Below, piece by piece: positions 9,532-20,278 of a DNA stretch of 64,000 bases. Within the stretch, counting starts at the first letter, position 1. Each line of letters begins with the position of its first letter. The notes beneath the pieces were generated by a model. That model was not told the origin of the DNA and did no database searches. It worked only from the letters and a program-made list of their open reading frames with translations. The DNA lies in the NCBI GenBank assembly GCA_965242695.1, contig CBDESU010000002.1:320001-384000 (forward strand), read 5' to 3'. The stretch is from Cenarchaeum sp. GTDB lineage: Archaea; Thermoproteota; Nitrososphaeria; Nitrososphaerales; Nitrosopumilaceae. The translations under genes and the position numbers were made by a program.

Positions 9532-12500
9532 TCATTTTCTGCCTCGCCGCTTCCTGCGCCCCCGGCGCGAAGTGGCGCCCGACCGGCCGGTGCGCCCGCC
9601 GGTGCGGGTCGCGCGGCCGGTGCCGGCTCGGGGGCCGCCCGGCAGGCCCAGTGCCCTGCTGATCGACTTGGCGGTGCTGGCGCCCGACCGGCCGGTGCGC
9701 CCGCCGGTGCGGGTCGCGCGGCCGGTGCCGGCTCGGGGGCCGCCCGGCAGGCCCAGTGCCCTGCTGATCGACTTGGCGGTGCTGGCGCCCGACCGGCCGG
9801 TGCGCCCGCCGGTGCGGGTCGCGCGGCCGGTGCCGGCTCGGGGGCCGCCCGGCAGGCCCAGTGCCCTGCTGATCGACTTGGCGGTGCTGGCGCCCGACCG
9901 GCCGGTGCGCCCGCCGGTGCGGGTCGCGCGGCCGGTGCCGGCTCGGGGGGCCGTGCGGGCCGTGCGGTCTCGGGGGGCCGTGCGGGCCGTGCGGTCTCGG
10001 GGGGCCGTGCGGGCCGTGCGGTCTCGGGGGGCCGTGCGGGCCGTGCGGTCTCGGGGGGCCGTGCGGGCCGTGCGGTCTCGGGGGGCCGTGCGGGCCGTGC
10101 GGTCTCGGGGGGCCGTGCGGGCCGTGCGGTCTCGGGGGGCCGTGCGGGCCGTGCGGTCTCGGGGGGCCGTGCGGGCCGTGCGGTCTCGGGGGGCCGTGCG
10201 GGCCGTGCGGTCTCGGGGGGCCGTGCGGGCTCCAGCGCGAGGGTTACCAGGCCTCGCCGCGTGTCCCCTCCCACGCCCCGAGCCTCTTACGATCTTCGCG
10301 ATCTTGTCCAAGAACCGCTCCGGGTTGCCATCGTCCCATGCCTCCATGAGGGTGTCGGACAGCATTGGAAGCTTGGATGCAACCCCGGAGTAGTTGGTCT
10401 TGTAGAGCACCGGAAGTATCCTGTTCCTGTGTTTTCCTCGCAGCATGCCGCCAACCTCGATCATCGTGTAGATACTTTTGACGTACTCGGGGCTGACTAC
10501 GGCCACCACGTATGCAGATCTTTCCATTGCATCCATGATCGCGGCCGACACCTTGTCACCCATCGACAGGCCGGTGTCGTCGCGCCACACATGCAGTCCC
10601 CTGCGCTCAAGCCCCTCTTCAAGCTTTTCCGCAACGCGCCTGCCGTCCTTGCGGGCATAGGATACGAAGACGTCCCATCGGACGGCGCCGCGCCGCCGCT
10701 TCGTATCCATCGTGCGGCTCGCTGAGGCCTGCGACTTAAGCCTAGCGCCAGCTCGGGCCGCGCTGGTGCCGGTCGTGCGGGCGCGTGTGCGGGTTGTGCG
10801 GAGGGCGGCCCGGGCCGTGCCGGATCGGGCCGTTCTGGAGGCGGGCTTGCGGGCCGATCCGGCTCGGGTTGCGCGGGATCCCGATTGGGGCTTGCGGGCG
10901 GCGGGCTTGCGGGCGGCGGGCTTGCGGGCGGCGGGCTTGCGGGCGGCGGGCTTGCGGGCGGCGGGCTTGCGGGCGGGCGACCGGGTTGCGCGGGTGCCGG
11001 CGCGGGCCGTTCCGGCGCGGGGCTTGCGGGCGGCGGGCTTGCGGGCGGGCGACCGGGTTGCGCGGGTGCCGGCGCGGGCCGTTCCGGCGCGGGGCTTGCG
11101 GGCGGCGGGCTTGCGGGCGGGCGACCGGGTTGCGCGGGTGCCGGCGCGGGGCTTGCGGGCGGCGGGCTTGCGGGCGGGCGACCGGGTTGCGCGGGTGCCG
11201 GCGCGGGCCGTTCCGGCGCGGGGCTTGCGGGCGGCGGGCTTGCGGGCGGGCGACCGGGTTGCGCGGGTGCCGGCGCGGGGCTTGCGGGCGGCGGGCTTGC
11301 GGGCGGGCGACCGGGTTGCGCGGGTGCCGGCGCGGGCCGTTCCGGCGCGGGGCTTGCGGGCGGCGGGCTTGCGGGCGGGCGACCGGGTTGCGCGGGTGCC
11401 GGCGCGGGGCTTGCGGGCGGCGGGCTTGCGGGCGGGCGACCGGGTTGCGCGGGTGCCGGCGCGGGGCTTGCGGGCGGCGGGCTTGCGGGCGGGCGACCGG
11501 GTTGCGCGGGTGCCGGCGCGGGGCTTGCGGGCGGCGGGCTTGCGGGCGGGCGACCGGGTTGCGCGGGTGCCGGCGCGGGCCGTTCCGGCGCGGGGCTTGC
11601 GGGCGGCGGGCTTGCGGGCGGGCGACCGGGTTGCGCGGGTGCCGGCGCGGGGCTTGCGGGCGGCGGGCTTGCGGGCGGGCGACCGGGTTGCGCGGGTGCC
11701 GGCGCGGGCCGTTCCGGCGCGGGGCTTGCGGGCGGCGGGCTTGCGGGCGGGCGACCGGGTTGCGCGGGTGCCGGCGCGGGCCGTTCCGGCGCGGGGCTTG
11801 CGGGCGGCGGGCTTGCGGGCGGGCGACCGGGTTGCGCGGGTGCCGGCGCGGGCCGTTCCGGCGCGGGGCTTGCGGGCGGCGGGCTTGCGGGCGGCGGGCT
11901 TGCGGGCGGCGGGCTTGCGGGCGGCGGGCTTGCGGGCGGGCGACCGGGTTGCGCGGGTGCCGGCGCGGGCCGTTCCGGCGCGGGGCTTGCGGGCGGCGGG
12001 CTTGCGGGCGGCGGGCTTGCGGGCGGGCAACCGGGTTGCGCGGGTGCCGGCGCGGCTCATACGGCCACCCGTCCGCGCCCTGCTGCCGGCACGGCGATCG
12101 GCGGCAATCCTCCTCGCCCTCTGCAGGTGCACCAGTTCAACAACAGGAAAGGCGATGCCCTGTCCTCTTACGGCGCCCACCATTTCACTCCCCTGATCTG
12201 GCGCAGGCTGTTTCACATGCTGCGGGCGGGAGGCCCATTCGGGCCACTTTGCCTTTATGTACTCGAGCATCTCCTTTGAGCCGAGTGGCCTGCACGTGCT
12301 CCCGGCCCTCTTGAAAAAGTCGTACTTTCCTTCAGGGCGCTTTTTGAGTATTATGGGCCCATCCTTGGATGCAGTGACGGCGCAGTGCAGTACGTCGCGG
12401 CCGTCGGCCTCTACAATCTTGCTGTTAAAATACCCGCTGTGCTCGACTCCGAGATAATCCACTATTACGTTTGCCACCCATGCCAGCATCTCGTCCCTCT

Positions 12501-14721
12501 CCTTGCGCGACAGCCGTCCGCCATCGCGCGCAAGGCCTTCCGCCCTGCCGTCGTCGTCCACGCCGATCAGCAGATCGCCGCCCCTCGTGTTCACAAGGCC
12601 GCACAGCTCCTTGGCTATTTTTTCCTCCATTTTGGCCGGCTTCGAGGGGCCCTTCGGGCGCGAGCCCGGCCACGACTTGAACTCTAGCACCTCGGACTCG
12701 TCCCTGGACAGGAGCGACTTGTCTAGCTGCTCTGTGCCGTCGTCGGGCGCGGCCGCAGGCGGCGGCGGCGTGCGGCGCCGCATGGCGCTAGGAGCTGCCC
12801 CTATAAGCGATGACGTGGCCGGACCGAGCGACTCTCCCGCGTACCGGCCAATCGCCTTGTCCGGCAGTCCAAGATCTGCCAGGCAGGATATCCTCCCTAT
12901 GTGCGCGTCGGCGTTGCCGGGGTACAGTTCGAGTGCCCGGTCAAAGTGCACTAGGGCCTCCCTGTACAAGTTCAGGTCCTGGAGGGACAGCGCCTTGTTG
13001 TGGTGCGCCGCGGCGTTGCCGGGATCGAGCTTGAGCGCACGGTCAAAGTGCACTAGGGCCTCGCCTTCTCTGTCCAGGGCAGCTAGCGCGGTGCCCATGT
13101 TGTTGTACGCCGCGGCGTTGCCGGGGTCCAGCTTGACGACCTCCCTGTACTCCGTGAGCGCCTTGGAGAGGCGCCCCAGCGCCTGCAGGGACAGCGCGCG
13201 GCTGTAGCGCGGGGCGGGCTGCTGCGGGTCGATTTGAATCGCCCTGTCAAAGCAGGCAAGCGCCTCCCCATGGCGTCCCATGTCGGCGAGTATGCCGCCC
13301 ATGTTCGAGAGAGCTCGCGGGTCGCCAGGCTTGGCCGAGACGATCGCCTTGCAGCGCGGCAGCGCCTCGTCAAGGCGGCCCAGATCCCGCAGCAGATAGG
13401 ACAAGAGTATGTGGAAGTCCATGTTGCCGGGATCATGATCGACCGCCTGGCGGCAGTGTGCCAGCGCCTCCTCTTGCCGCCCCAGGGCGCGCAGGGAGAG
13501 CGCCATGATAAAGTGGGGCCTAGGATCCGATCGCTTCGCCTCAATGGCCCGGGCGCACAGTTGCAGGACCTCTTCGTGGCGGTCGAGTCGTTGCAGCAGA
13601 GCCATTATCGGCATGTACGAGTCGATGCGGCTGGGCGCGGCCTCGATCGCCCTGAGGCCGGGCCGTATGGCCTCTTCGTGGCGGCCCATCTTTGACAGGC
13701 ATGCGGACACCCTCTCGTGGGCCAGCGGATCTTCTGGCGCAATCTCGGCGGCCCTTTCCGCATGCCGCAGTGCCTCTTCATACCTCTCAAGGTGAAACAG
13801 GGTAAATGACGCGTTTTGGTGCGCCAGTGCGCTGCCGGGATCGAGTCTTGCGGCCCTCAGGTGGTGCGGCAGGGCCTCGGCGTGTCGTCCTAGCGCAGAC
13901 AGCAGGCGGCCCATGGCGGTGTGCCTGGTAGTGTTCGCCGGATCTGCCTCGGTTGCCGCCCTGCAGTGCTCTAGCACTTTTTCGTACAGGCCCATTCCCG
14001 CCATGGCCTGGGCCATCTTGAGGTGCAGGCTGGCATCGGGCGCGCCCGGCTCTGCAGCCATCTTGTAGGAGGCGTACGCTTCGTCGTATCTCTTTTCCTT
14101 GAAGAAGCGGTCGCCGCGGACCACGTACCCTTGGTGCTTTGACTTCCCCGCCATGCCACCGGCAGGCGGCCGTTCCACGGCCCGGCGCCCGTCCAGGCCG
14201 TCCGTCACGGCGTCAAGGAGGGCGTCCTTGAGCAGGGCCGCGTTGTGCACGTACTCGGGGTCCATCACCATGGGATCCGCCGCGTGCCACTCGGCCCTCT
14301 TTTGCGAGAGCATCCGCCGCGTGCCGACCGGGAGCGCGTCCCACTTTTCCTTGATGCGAGCGCGGCCCCGTGGCGCTATTTCGAACCGCATGGCGCTTGG
14401 ATCCCCGCTCCTCCCCGCTATCCTCACGCAGTTTGAGGAGGACAGGCTGTCAAGGGCGCGCTCGACGTCCTCGCTGCGCGTCCCGCCAGGCCCCGTCTCG
14501 AACATGACCAGATCTATGTCCAGCCCGGCGATCACGTCTCTCAGTGCCATGAGGACCTCGCCGGTCAGGCGGGCGAGGCCCTTGACGGGGCGCGGATCGG
14601 CGCGCAGGACCAGCAGGATGGCATCCTCGATCGCAAGCGATGTGTCGCCCATGCGCCCAATGAACCCGTCGATATCCAGCGGCGGGCGAGGCCCCGGGCG
14701 GCCCGCACCTGACTTCGTCAT
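9532..14721 (-). CDS. giant multidomain protein: SocA/DUF4065-like wHTH - 12-13 TPR - Schlafen AlbA_2 - histone H1-like basic repeats - TIR - Arg-rich repeats
   Basis: [12 protein letters not shown]...DV...LD wHTH; 34-aa TPRs ending DPGN; ESEVLEFKS...[15 protein letters not shown]; ARKPA repeats; WDVFVSY...[19 protein letters not shown]; likely start ATG 14721. Confidence 0.8.
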   Translation of the reverse strand: MTKSGAGRPGPRPPLDIDGFIGRMGDTSLAIEDAILLVLRADPRPVKGLARLTGEVLMALRDVIAGLDIDLVMFETGPGGTRSEDVERALDSLSSSNCVRIAGRSGDPSAMRFEIAPRGRARIKEKWDALPVGTRRMLSQKRAEWHAADPMVMDPEYVHNAALLKDALLDAVTDGLDGRRAVERPPAGGMAGKSKHQGYVVRGDRFFKEKRYDEAYASYKMAAEPGAPDASLHLKMAQAMAGMGLYEKVLEHCRAATEADPANTTRHTAMGRLLSALGRHAEALPHHLRAARLDPGSALAHQNASFTLFHLERYEEALRHAERAAEIAPEDPLAHERVSACLSKMGRHEEAIRPGLRAIEAAPSRIDSYMPIMALLQRLDRHEEVLQLCARAIEAKRSDPRPHFIMALSLRALGRQEEALAHCRQAVDHDPGNMDFHILLSYLLRDLGRLDEALPRCKAIVSAKPGDPRALSNMGGILADMGRHGEALACFDRAIQIDPQQPAPRYSRALSLQALGRLSKALTEYREVVKLDPGNAAAYNNMGTALAALDREGEALVHFDRALKLDPGNAAAHHNKALSLQDLNLYREALVHFDRALELYPGNADAHIGRISCLADLGLPDKAIGRYAGESLGPATSSLIGAAPSAMRRRTPPPPAAAPDDGTEQLDKSLLSRDESEVLEFKSWPGSRPKGPSKPAKMEEKIAKELCGLVNTRGGDLLIGVDDDGRAEGLARDGGRLSRKERDEMLAWVANVIVDYLGVEHSGYFNSKIVEADGRDVLHCAVTASKDGPIILKKRPEGKYDFFKRAGSTCRPLGSKEMLEYIKAKWPEWASRPQHVKQPAPDQGSEMVGAVRGQGIAFPVVELVHLQRARRIAADRRAGSRARTGGRMSRAGTRATRLPARKPAARKPAARKPRAGTARAGTRATRSPARKPAARKPAARKPAARKPAARKPRAGTARAGTRATRSPARKPAARKPRAGTARAGTRATRSPARKPAARKPRAGTARAGTRATRSPARKPAARKPRAGTRATRSPARKPAARKPRAGTARAGTRATRSPARKPAARKPRAGTRATRSPARKPAARKPRAGTRATRSPARKPAARKPRAGTRATRSPARKPAARKPRAGTARAGTRATRSPARKPAARKPRAGTRATRSPARKPAARKPRAGTARAGTRATRSPARKPAARKPRAGTRATRSPARKPAARKPRAGTARAGTRATRSPARKPAARKPRAGTARAGTRATRSPARKPAARKPAARKPAARKPAARKPAARKPQSGSRATRAGSARKPASRTARSGTARAALRTTRTRARTTGTSAARAGARLKSQASASRTMDTKRRRGAVRWDVFVSYARKDGRRVAEKLEEGLERRGLHVWRDDTGLSMGDKVSAAIMDAMERSAYVVAVVSPEYVKSIYTMIEVGGMLRGKHRNRILPVLYKTNYSGVASKLPMLSDTLMEAWDDGNPERFLDKIAKIVRGSGRGRGHAARPGNPRAGARTAPRDRTARTAPRDRTARTAPRDRTARTAPRDRTARTAPRDRTARTAPRDRTARTAPRDRTARTAPRDRTARTAPRDRTARTAPRDRTARTAPRAGTGRATRTGGRTGRSGASTAKSISRALGLPGGPRAGTGRATRTGGRTGRSGASTAKSISRALGLPGGPRAGTGRATRTGGRTGRSGASTAKSISRALGLPGGPRAGTGRATRTGGRTGRSGATSRRGRRKRRGRK
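9574..9950 (-). repeat. 105-bp coding tandem repeat x3.5 ([35 protein letters not shown])
   Basis: units at 9574, 9679, 9784, 9889. Confidence 0.95.
9946..10229 (-). repeat. 27-bp coding tandem repeat x10.5 (ARTAPRDRT)
   Basis: perfect GGGGGCCGTGCGGGCCGTGCGGTCTCG units. Confidence 0.95.
10888..12056 (-). repeat. compound coding repeat of 15/57/72-bp units (ARKPA, RAGTA, RATRSP)
   Basis: near-perfect DNA repeats, all multiples of 3. Confidence 0.95.
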
Positions 14722-15191
14722 GCCCGGCTCAGCCTCCAGAGTACGCAGTGGGTCGTGCCGCCAGGTCCAGTGCGCCGCCTGACTAACGAGCCGGGCGTCA
14801 GCGCGCCACCGTGCGGGAGGCATGCGATCGCCTCGCCCCTGTCGACGGACATCGAGGGGATCGATTGGCGGCGGGCGGCTCCCTTCGCGATGGCAGAGGC
14901 GTGTCGGGCCGGCGGCCTGCGGGCCGTCATGCCAATTCTGCGGCAGCATCGCGTGTAAAACGCCGCAAGGCGCTCTACGTGCAGGCCGCGGGGCAGGACC
15001 TTGGCATCTCCCCTTGTGTCGATGCGCTCGATCATGAACACGCGACGCCGTTTGGACGCCTCGCGGGGGCCTGCCGGCAGCAGGTAGGCTCCTGTGCCGC
15101 CCGCGCTGGCGCCTGTTTCGGCTCCCGCAAGCCGCGGCCCCCCTTTGACGGGACGGGCGGGGCAGAACGGGCACGGGGCAGGGTAGTCCAA
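14718..15191 (-). pseudogene. degenerate ORF, possibly a PIN-domain remnant
   Basis: SVDRGEAIA and ADARLVSQA segments in different frames; stop overlaps ATG 14721; duplicated TTTATTA upstream. Confidence 0.25.
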
Positions 15192-15213
15192 TGCAAGGAG
15201 GCTGGAGTCAGGT

Positions 15214-15240
15214 GTAATAAAGTAGGCGTAATAAAGTAGG
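15214..15240 (-). promoter_or_regulatory. duplicated TATA-like element (CCTACTTTATTAC x2)
   Basis: GTAATAAAGTAGG twice at 14-bp period, upstream of the giant-protein locus. Confidence 0.45.
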
Positions 15241-15734
15241 GTCGTGGCGGGCCGTTTTGCCCGCTAGATTGCCAGGGAGTGGGAGGGGGCAGAGGGCGGA
15301 TGGCAGAGGGCGGCTCGGAGGAGTGCGTGGGCGGGAGGGGGGGACGCCGTTGTAAAAGCGGTGCAGGGCGGCAGGTCGCGCGTTAGGTGCGTTAGCCAGG
15401 GGCGCGGCAGCGGCGCGCGGGGGGAGGATCAGACTGCGTGCCGGCTCCCGATATCGCCGGCGGCCGGCCCGCGAACAGGCGGGCGGCAAACCTTGCCGCC
15501 ACCCCGGCCCGCCTGCCGGGCGGGACAAGGGCTGGCCGTGCACGTCGAGGCATCTCGGGCAAGCCGCCGCCGCTCCGCTCCGCCGTGATCACTTCAAAAG
15601 CCTGGATAGTTGCCTAGTCTCTAATTCTCAAGTAGGGCTGATCAACAACAACTTGCCGCAATTGACTCTGGCCGAGCCGGATCCGAGGGCTTGCGCCCAC
15701 TGTCCCCAGAGAACACACCGCTTACTGCAGACAG

Positions 15735-18700
15735 CTATCGCCGCAGTGCCGGCGACGCCGCCGCCGGCTGGCCGGCGACGCCGGACAGCCGCCTCCAAAC
15801 CGTCTTGCACTCCTCGCCCGTGATCGAGCCGCCCTCCGGCTTCCATGCGCTGCCGGGAAGGTCAGAGAGCCACCCTAGCACCCTGCCGCTCTCGGCGGCA
15901 TAGATGTTGTCGGCATCGTGCTCGTGGGCATACTCCGCGCCTATGCGCTTTGAGATGCTTCTCGGTACGCCGTTGATGCGCATGAGCACCGCCGCATCGG
16001 TGTCGACCCCGTGGTACACCATGGCCGGCAGGTTCGCCGCTTGGCTGCCCCGCCGCCCCCGGGCTTCTGGTTCCCCGTCCCCGCCAAAGTCGTGTATCTT
16101 TTGTATGCCTGCCAGTCCCCACGATGCCGAATTGACGACCTTCTGGTAGAGCGCCCTGACGCAGGCGGTGATCTCGGACTCGGCGGTGCCCCCGAAGTGG
16201 TCCGCGGAGATGTCCACTATGCTCTTGCCCGACACCCAGTCGGAGATGAGGGCCCCTATGGCGTCGGGGGTTGAGCGCGGGCCCGACATTGCATCCGAGA
16301 GGTTCTTGACCTCGGGGATGTTGCCGAGCATCACGCCGACCAGTCTTGATATCTTGCCCGATCCGCGGGAGAACATGTCCTGCGGATTCCAGTCGCCCGA
16401 TTCGATCCCCGAGCGCGGGATGGCGCGGATCGCGCCCTCTACGGTCTCGGGCGAAAACCCCGTGATGTCGGACAGGTGCGACAGGCCGGGCCGCTCGTCG
16501 AGCGACTCGCCGTACCTGCGGACTGCATCGAGCAGCAGGCTCTGCGCCGCCGGCTCTAGCCTGTCGTATCCGTACGTCTGGCGCAGCGCGATCTCGGACT
16601 CGGCGGTAAACTGCCTCAGGGTCTCCGCCTGGTTTTTCATGTGCGCCACGTACTGCGCAAGGCTCGACCAGCGCGGGTCGCCCGCAAGCTGCCTCAGGTC
16701 CAGGCCTTGCGCCCCCGCGCCCCCGGCCACCGCGCCGACCATCCTGCCAAGCTCCGACGCAAGGTCCTCGGCCGACTTCATGACGTACTCGGCCGCCTTT
16801 TTTACGTCCGCCCCGTTCCTCCTGTCCACGGCTATGCCGACCATGCCGAGGGACGGCTGGTTGATGCGCCCCGCCCTGCCGATCAGGTTCCAAAAGTCCT
16901 CGCGCGGCATCACCTTGCGGGGATAGTGGTACGACGAGACCAGAATTCCGGAGACCGGAAAGTTGATGCCCTGCGCGATCGTGGTGGTGGCCACCAGCGT
17001 GCGCAGGTCGCCGTTTTCCATCAGCAGCTCCATGAGGTATCTGACATCGTCGGGCAGGCCGGTATGGTGTACGCCGATTCCCTTGCCCAGGTACTTCACG
17101 AGGGGAAAGTTTTCGCCGAGCTCGCTCGCGACGAACCTCCTGGCCACGTCCAGGTCGCTGCTCGCACTGAACTCGCTGCGTTGGTTGTCGTAGATGATCC
17201 TTGCGGTGCTCCAGGCATCGTGCACGGTTCTTGCAAGCACAAGGAAGTTGTGCTCTGCATTGACTTGGGTCGCCAAGAGGGCCGCCGTCTTGTGCTTGTT
17301 CGGCATGACCTTGGATGCCGTGATGGAAAAATTCGTGGTTGTGCCGACCTTGATCTTGCTGTCCACGACGACGGTTTCGTTGCTTGTGGCCAGTGGCTCG
17401 AACATTCCCTCGATTTCTCTTCCCCTTCCGCTCGCATAGCACACTCCGACTACCCTGTCGTTGGGCCTCCAGTCGAGCCCGATGCGCACGGATCTCGGCG
17501 ACCGGGGGTCGAGCCACCTTGCAATGTCGTCTGCATTTTGTACAAACGGCGTCATTAGCAGCAGGCCCGCCTTTTGGCAGTCCCGCTTGATGGTGGCCAG
17601 CAGGAGCTCTAGGTTCCAGCCGCGGGACGGGCCTTCCGCCCTTGCGCTGCCGCCGCCGCCGCCCTCTTTCTCGCCGGCCGCCTCGGCCCCCATGTTGTGG
17701 GCCTCGTCGATTATGCACAGCGCAAGCGACTTGGCGATGGAGCCGCCCGGATCGCGGACCATAAGCAGGAGCTTTTCCGGGGTGGTCACCAGCACGTCGT
17801 ACGGCTTGTCCCCCGACAGCATGGCCCGTTCGAATTCGTCTATCTCCACGGCTCCGGTCGCCTTTTCGACCTTTATTCCGAGGGGGTCTGCCCCGATGTC
17901 CCGCCGCAGCCTTGAGGCGATCTGGTTGACCAGCGCCCGCGTGGGCACGACGTACGCGATCCTGGCGCTGCCGTCCGAGTTGCCGATCGCCTGGAGTATC
18001 TTGAACTCGGCCAGCAGCGTTTTGCCCGACGACGTGGGAAGGCTGATCACCATTGCGCGGCTTGCCGGATCGAGCAGCCCCTCGCGGTATAGCGCCTTTT
18101 GCTGCGGGTACAGCAGCTCAAGTATGGGGCGGTCCGACCCCGCCATGGCGCTGACAAACTGGCCTACCTTTGAGTTTACCCTCCTGGCCACCTCCCATAT
18201 CGAGTTGCTTACCATCTTTGAGAACATGGGCCGCACGATTCGAAGAAGGGTGTCTAGCTCGGCCGATCCCGCGCCGCCGCTGTGCCGCAGTGCCTTGTCA
18301 AAGTGGTAGTCTAGGCGCGCCTCTATGTCCGCCGGCGAGCCCTTTTGCATGTACTCGCATACCATGTCGGTGCACTTGGCAAGGTGGTACAGCGAGGCGA
18401 GCCTGTGCGCAGCCGCGGCCCGGAACGCCGGCTCAAGCGACTCGAAGTAGGGCCTTTCGTGCCCCGCCTGGTCGCGCCTGAGGCTTGCGATGGTCTCCGA
18501 TGCCCTTGCAAGATCCCCCGGGCCCTCTTTTGCAATCGCGAGTCTGATGGCTCCGTAGATGCCGAACAGGATGCGGCGCTCCCATCCCCCTGGCAAGTCT
18601 ACGCCGTCGGCCGGGGGCGGCGGCGCCGTCTCCCTTGCATACCGCCTCGCATCTTCCCACTTTTCCCCCATGTACGCATACGAGACCGCCCGCAGTACGT

Positions 18701-19052
18701 GGCTGATCATTTGGACCGGATCGTCGGGGAGGGGGCACTCTTCCATCAGGGCAAAGCACTCGGCGCATGTTCGCTGGAAGTTTTTGATCCCGTCGTCGGG
18801 GGAGGGGCCGGACCACTGGTCTATTGCGGCCAGCTCGTATGCCTCGGAAACACGCTCTAGGATGCGGACAGCGTCGTCTCCGGGCGGGCTCGGCGCGCTG
18901 ATCACCCTGTTGATCTTTATCATGTTGCGGGTGTCACGGGCAGACGAGCGGTCGGACTCCGGCAGCGCATCGATCAGGAAATGGCTGGCCGTTGTAGCGC
19001 CATTCCCGCCGCGGTCCTTCCTGTCGCCGCCCGCGGCTTCTCCGTCCGTCAC
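15735..19052 (-). CDS. hamB: Ski2-like SF2 DEAD/DEAH helicase, Hachiman HamB-like
   Basis: LPTSSGKT, VPTRAL, TTPEK, IIDEAH, GIGVHHTGL, ATTTIAQGINFP, NLIGRAGR; long helical N-terminus; GTGA overlap with upstream nuclease. Confidence 0.8.
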   Translation of the reverse strand: MTDGEAAGGDRKDRGGNGATTASHFLIDALPESDRSSARDTRNMIKINRVISAPSPPGDDAVRILERVSEAYELAAIDQWSGPSPDDGIKNFQRTCAECFALMEECPLPDDPVQMISHVLRAVSYAYMGEKWEDARRYARETAPPPPADGVDLPGGWERRILFGIYGAIRLAIAKEGPGDLARASETIASLRRDQAGHERPYFESLEPAFRAAAAHRLASLYHLAKCTDMVCEYMQKGSPADIEARLDYHFDKALRHSGGAGSAELDTLLRIVRPMFSKMVSNSIWEVARRVNSKVGQFVSAMAGSDRPILELLYPQQKALYREGLLDPASRAMVISLPTSSGKTLLAEFKILQAIGNSDGSARIAYVVPTRALVNQIASRLRRDIGADPLGIKVEKATGAVEIDEFERAMLSGDKPYDVLVTTPEKLLLMVRDPGGSIAKSLALCIIDEAHNMGAEAAGEKEGGGGGSARAEGPSRGWNLELLLATIKRDCQKAGLLLMTPFVQNADDIARWLDPRSPRSVRIGLDWRPNDRVVGVCYASGRGREIEGMFEPLATSNETVVVDSKIKVGTTTNFSITASKVMPNKHKTAALLATQVNAEHNFLVLARTVHDAWSTARIIYDNQRSEFSASSDLDVARRFVASELGENFPLVKYLGKGIGVHHTGLPDDVRYLMELLMENGDLRTLVATTTIAQGINFPVSGILVSSYHYPRKVMPREDFWNLIGRAGRINQPSLGMVGIAVDRRNGADVKKAAEYVMKSAEDLASELGRMVGAVAGGAGAQGLDLRQLAGDPRWSSLAQYVAHMKNQAETLRQFTAESEIALRQTYGYDRLEPAAQSLLLDAVRRYGESLDERPGLSHLSDITGFSPETVEGAIRAIPRSGIESGDWNPQDMFSRGSGKISRLVGVMLGNIPEVKNLSDAMSGPRSTPDAIGALISDWVSGKSIVDISADHFGGTAESEITACVRALYQKVVNSASWGLAGIQKIHDFGGDGEPEARGRRGSQAANLPAMVYHGVDTDAAVLMRINGVPRSISKRIGAEYAHEHDADNIYAAESGRVLGWLSDLPGSAWKPEGGSITGEECKTVWRRLSGVAGQPAAASPALRR

Positions 19053-19843
19053 GAAGAGTCCCCCCGGACGAGTCCCGGCAGGTCGCTGATGCGGGCCGGG
19101 ACGTAAAGCGCAAAAAGATCCGTTTGGAGGTGGGCGCTCTGCCCCCGTTTGCCCGCCAGGCTGTCGCAGGTGTCGAGAAGATCATCTTCGTCTGGCGTCT
19201 CCTCTGTGATCAGCACGCCGACCAGCAAAAGCCGACCATGACGTACGTACGACTCGATCGCATCGCGGTACCTCGAGGGATCCACGGCCCCTGCGCCGCC
19301 CTCTTTGCGCCTTATTTGCAGCCACCTGATAAGGTGTAACTGATCTGCCCTGCGTTCCAGCTTTCCAAGCTGCTGGCGCAGTCGTCGCATCACCTCCGGG
19401 GGCCTCTTGCCAGGTCCCTTGGGCGTCTTTACCTCGCCAAAAAGGAAGACGGTCCTGCCGTTCAGGCTCGAATAGCCGACCAGATCGGCTCCCGCGCTTA
19501 TCGCCCGCGGGTTCCTCAGGTCTAGGTTTGGTCGGTAGATCTCTGCTTTATGGTCGTCTTCTAGGTAGCATGCGGCAAGATCCTCCCCTATACGCCACGG
19601 TTCTGCCGGCATGCCCACTTTCATCTGCTTGAAGACCTCGTCATAGTCAAAGTCAAGGCCATCGGCCGCGCCGGCCTGCCTCAGATCGTCTAGCACCGCG
19701 CCCGTTTCGTGGGCAAGAACGTGCGCATCTCCTACTCTTCCTCTCATGTAGTCCTCAAAGTCGTTCGGCTCGATTCGGACTCCGATGCCGCGCACGCCGT
19801 GCCGCAGCATTTGGTACGCTATGGTGGTCGCTAGCATTCGCAT
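19049..19843 (-). CDS. hamA: Hachiman HamA-like (DUF1837-type) nuclease
   Basis: IGEDLAACYL...GADLVG...FLFGEVK motif, directly upstream of and coupled to the helicase; start uncertain. Confidence 0.65.
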   Translation of the reverse strand: MRMLATTIAYQMLRHGVRGIGVRIEPNDFEDYMRGRVGDAHVLAHETGAVLDDLRQAGAADGLDFDYDEVFKQMKVGMPAEPWRIGEDLAACYLEDDHKAEIYRPNLDLRNPRAISAGADLVGYSSLNGRTVFLFGEVKTPKGPGKRPPEVMRRLRQQLGKLERRADQLHLIRWLQIRRKEGGAGAVDPSRYRDAIESYVRHGRLLLVGVLITEETPDEDDLLDTCDSLAGKRGQSAHLQTDLFALYVPARISDLPGLVRGDSS

Positions 19844-20278
19844 GCCCAACTCCCGTCCTGCCGCCCCCTGCGCGGCGATCCGAACGCGTACGATGCCCCG
19901 TGTGGCGCCATGTGGCCCGGCCGCCCTGCTCCTGCCGCGACGGGAACCGCCGCCGCCTCCTGTCCCTGGCGCGGCCCGCCCGCCCGCCCTGCCCACTCCT
20001 CCCCGCGCAGGGCGTCTGCCCTCCGGCACCAGGCCCGCCCTCCTGCGCAGGCAAGCCCCTGCCAAGCCGTGCGCCGCGCCACGGGCCGTGCGCCATATGT
20101 CCTGTTAAAATTTCTGCCGCCATGGGCCGTGCGCTACGGCGCCTGGGCGGCCCTGAGCCGCCATTGATGGGCATGTCTCGGATCATGCAGCGCACCTTGA
20201 TCGTTCCGGTGCTTTGTGTCGTGACCGGGCGGTTTGATGCGTAGCGGCCCGCAACGGCATCCCGCGCTTCCTGCCGCG

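Noticed and set aside
10712-12314. Long plus-strand ORFs over the ARKPA repeats
   Set aside because: Antisense shadows of a stop-free GC-rich repeat; the minus frame links recognisable domains
14722-15174. N-terminal 151 aa of the 1880-aa ORF call
   Set aside because: Low-complexity Arg/Pro text overlapping another degenerate ORF; ATG 14721 is a better start
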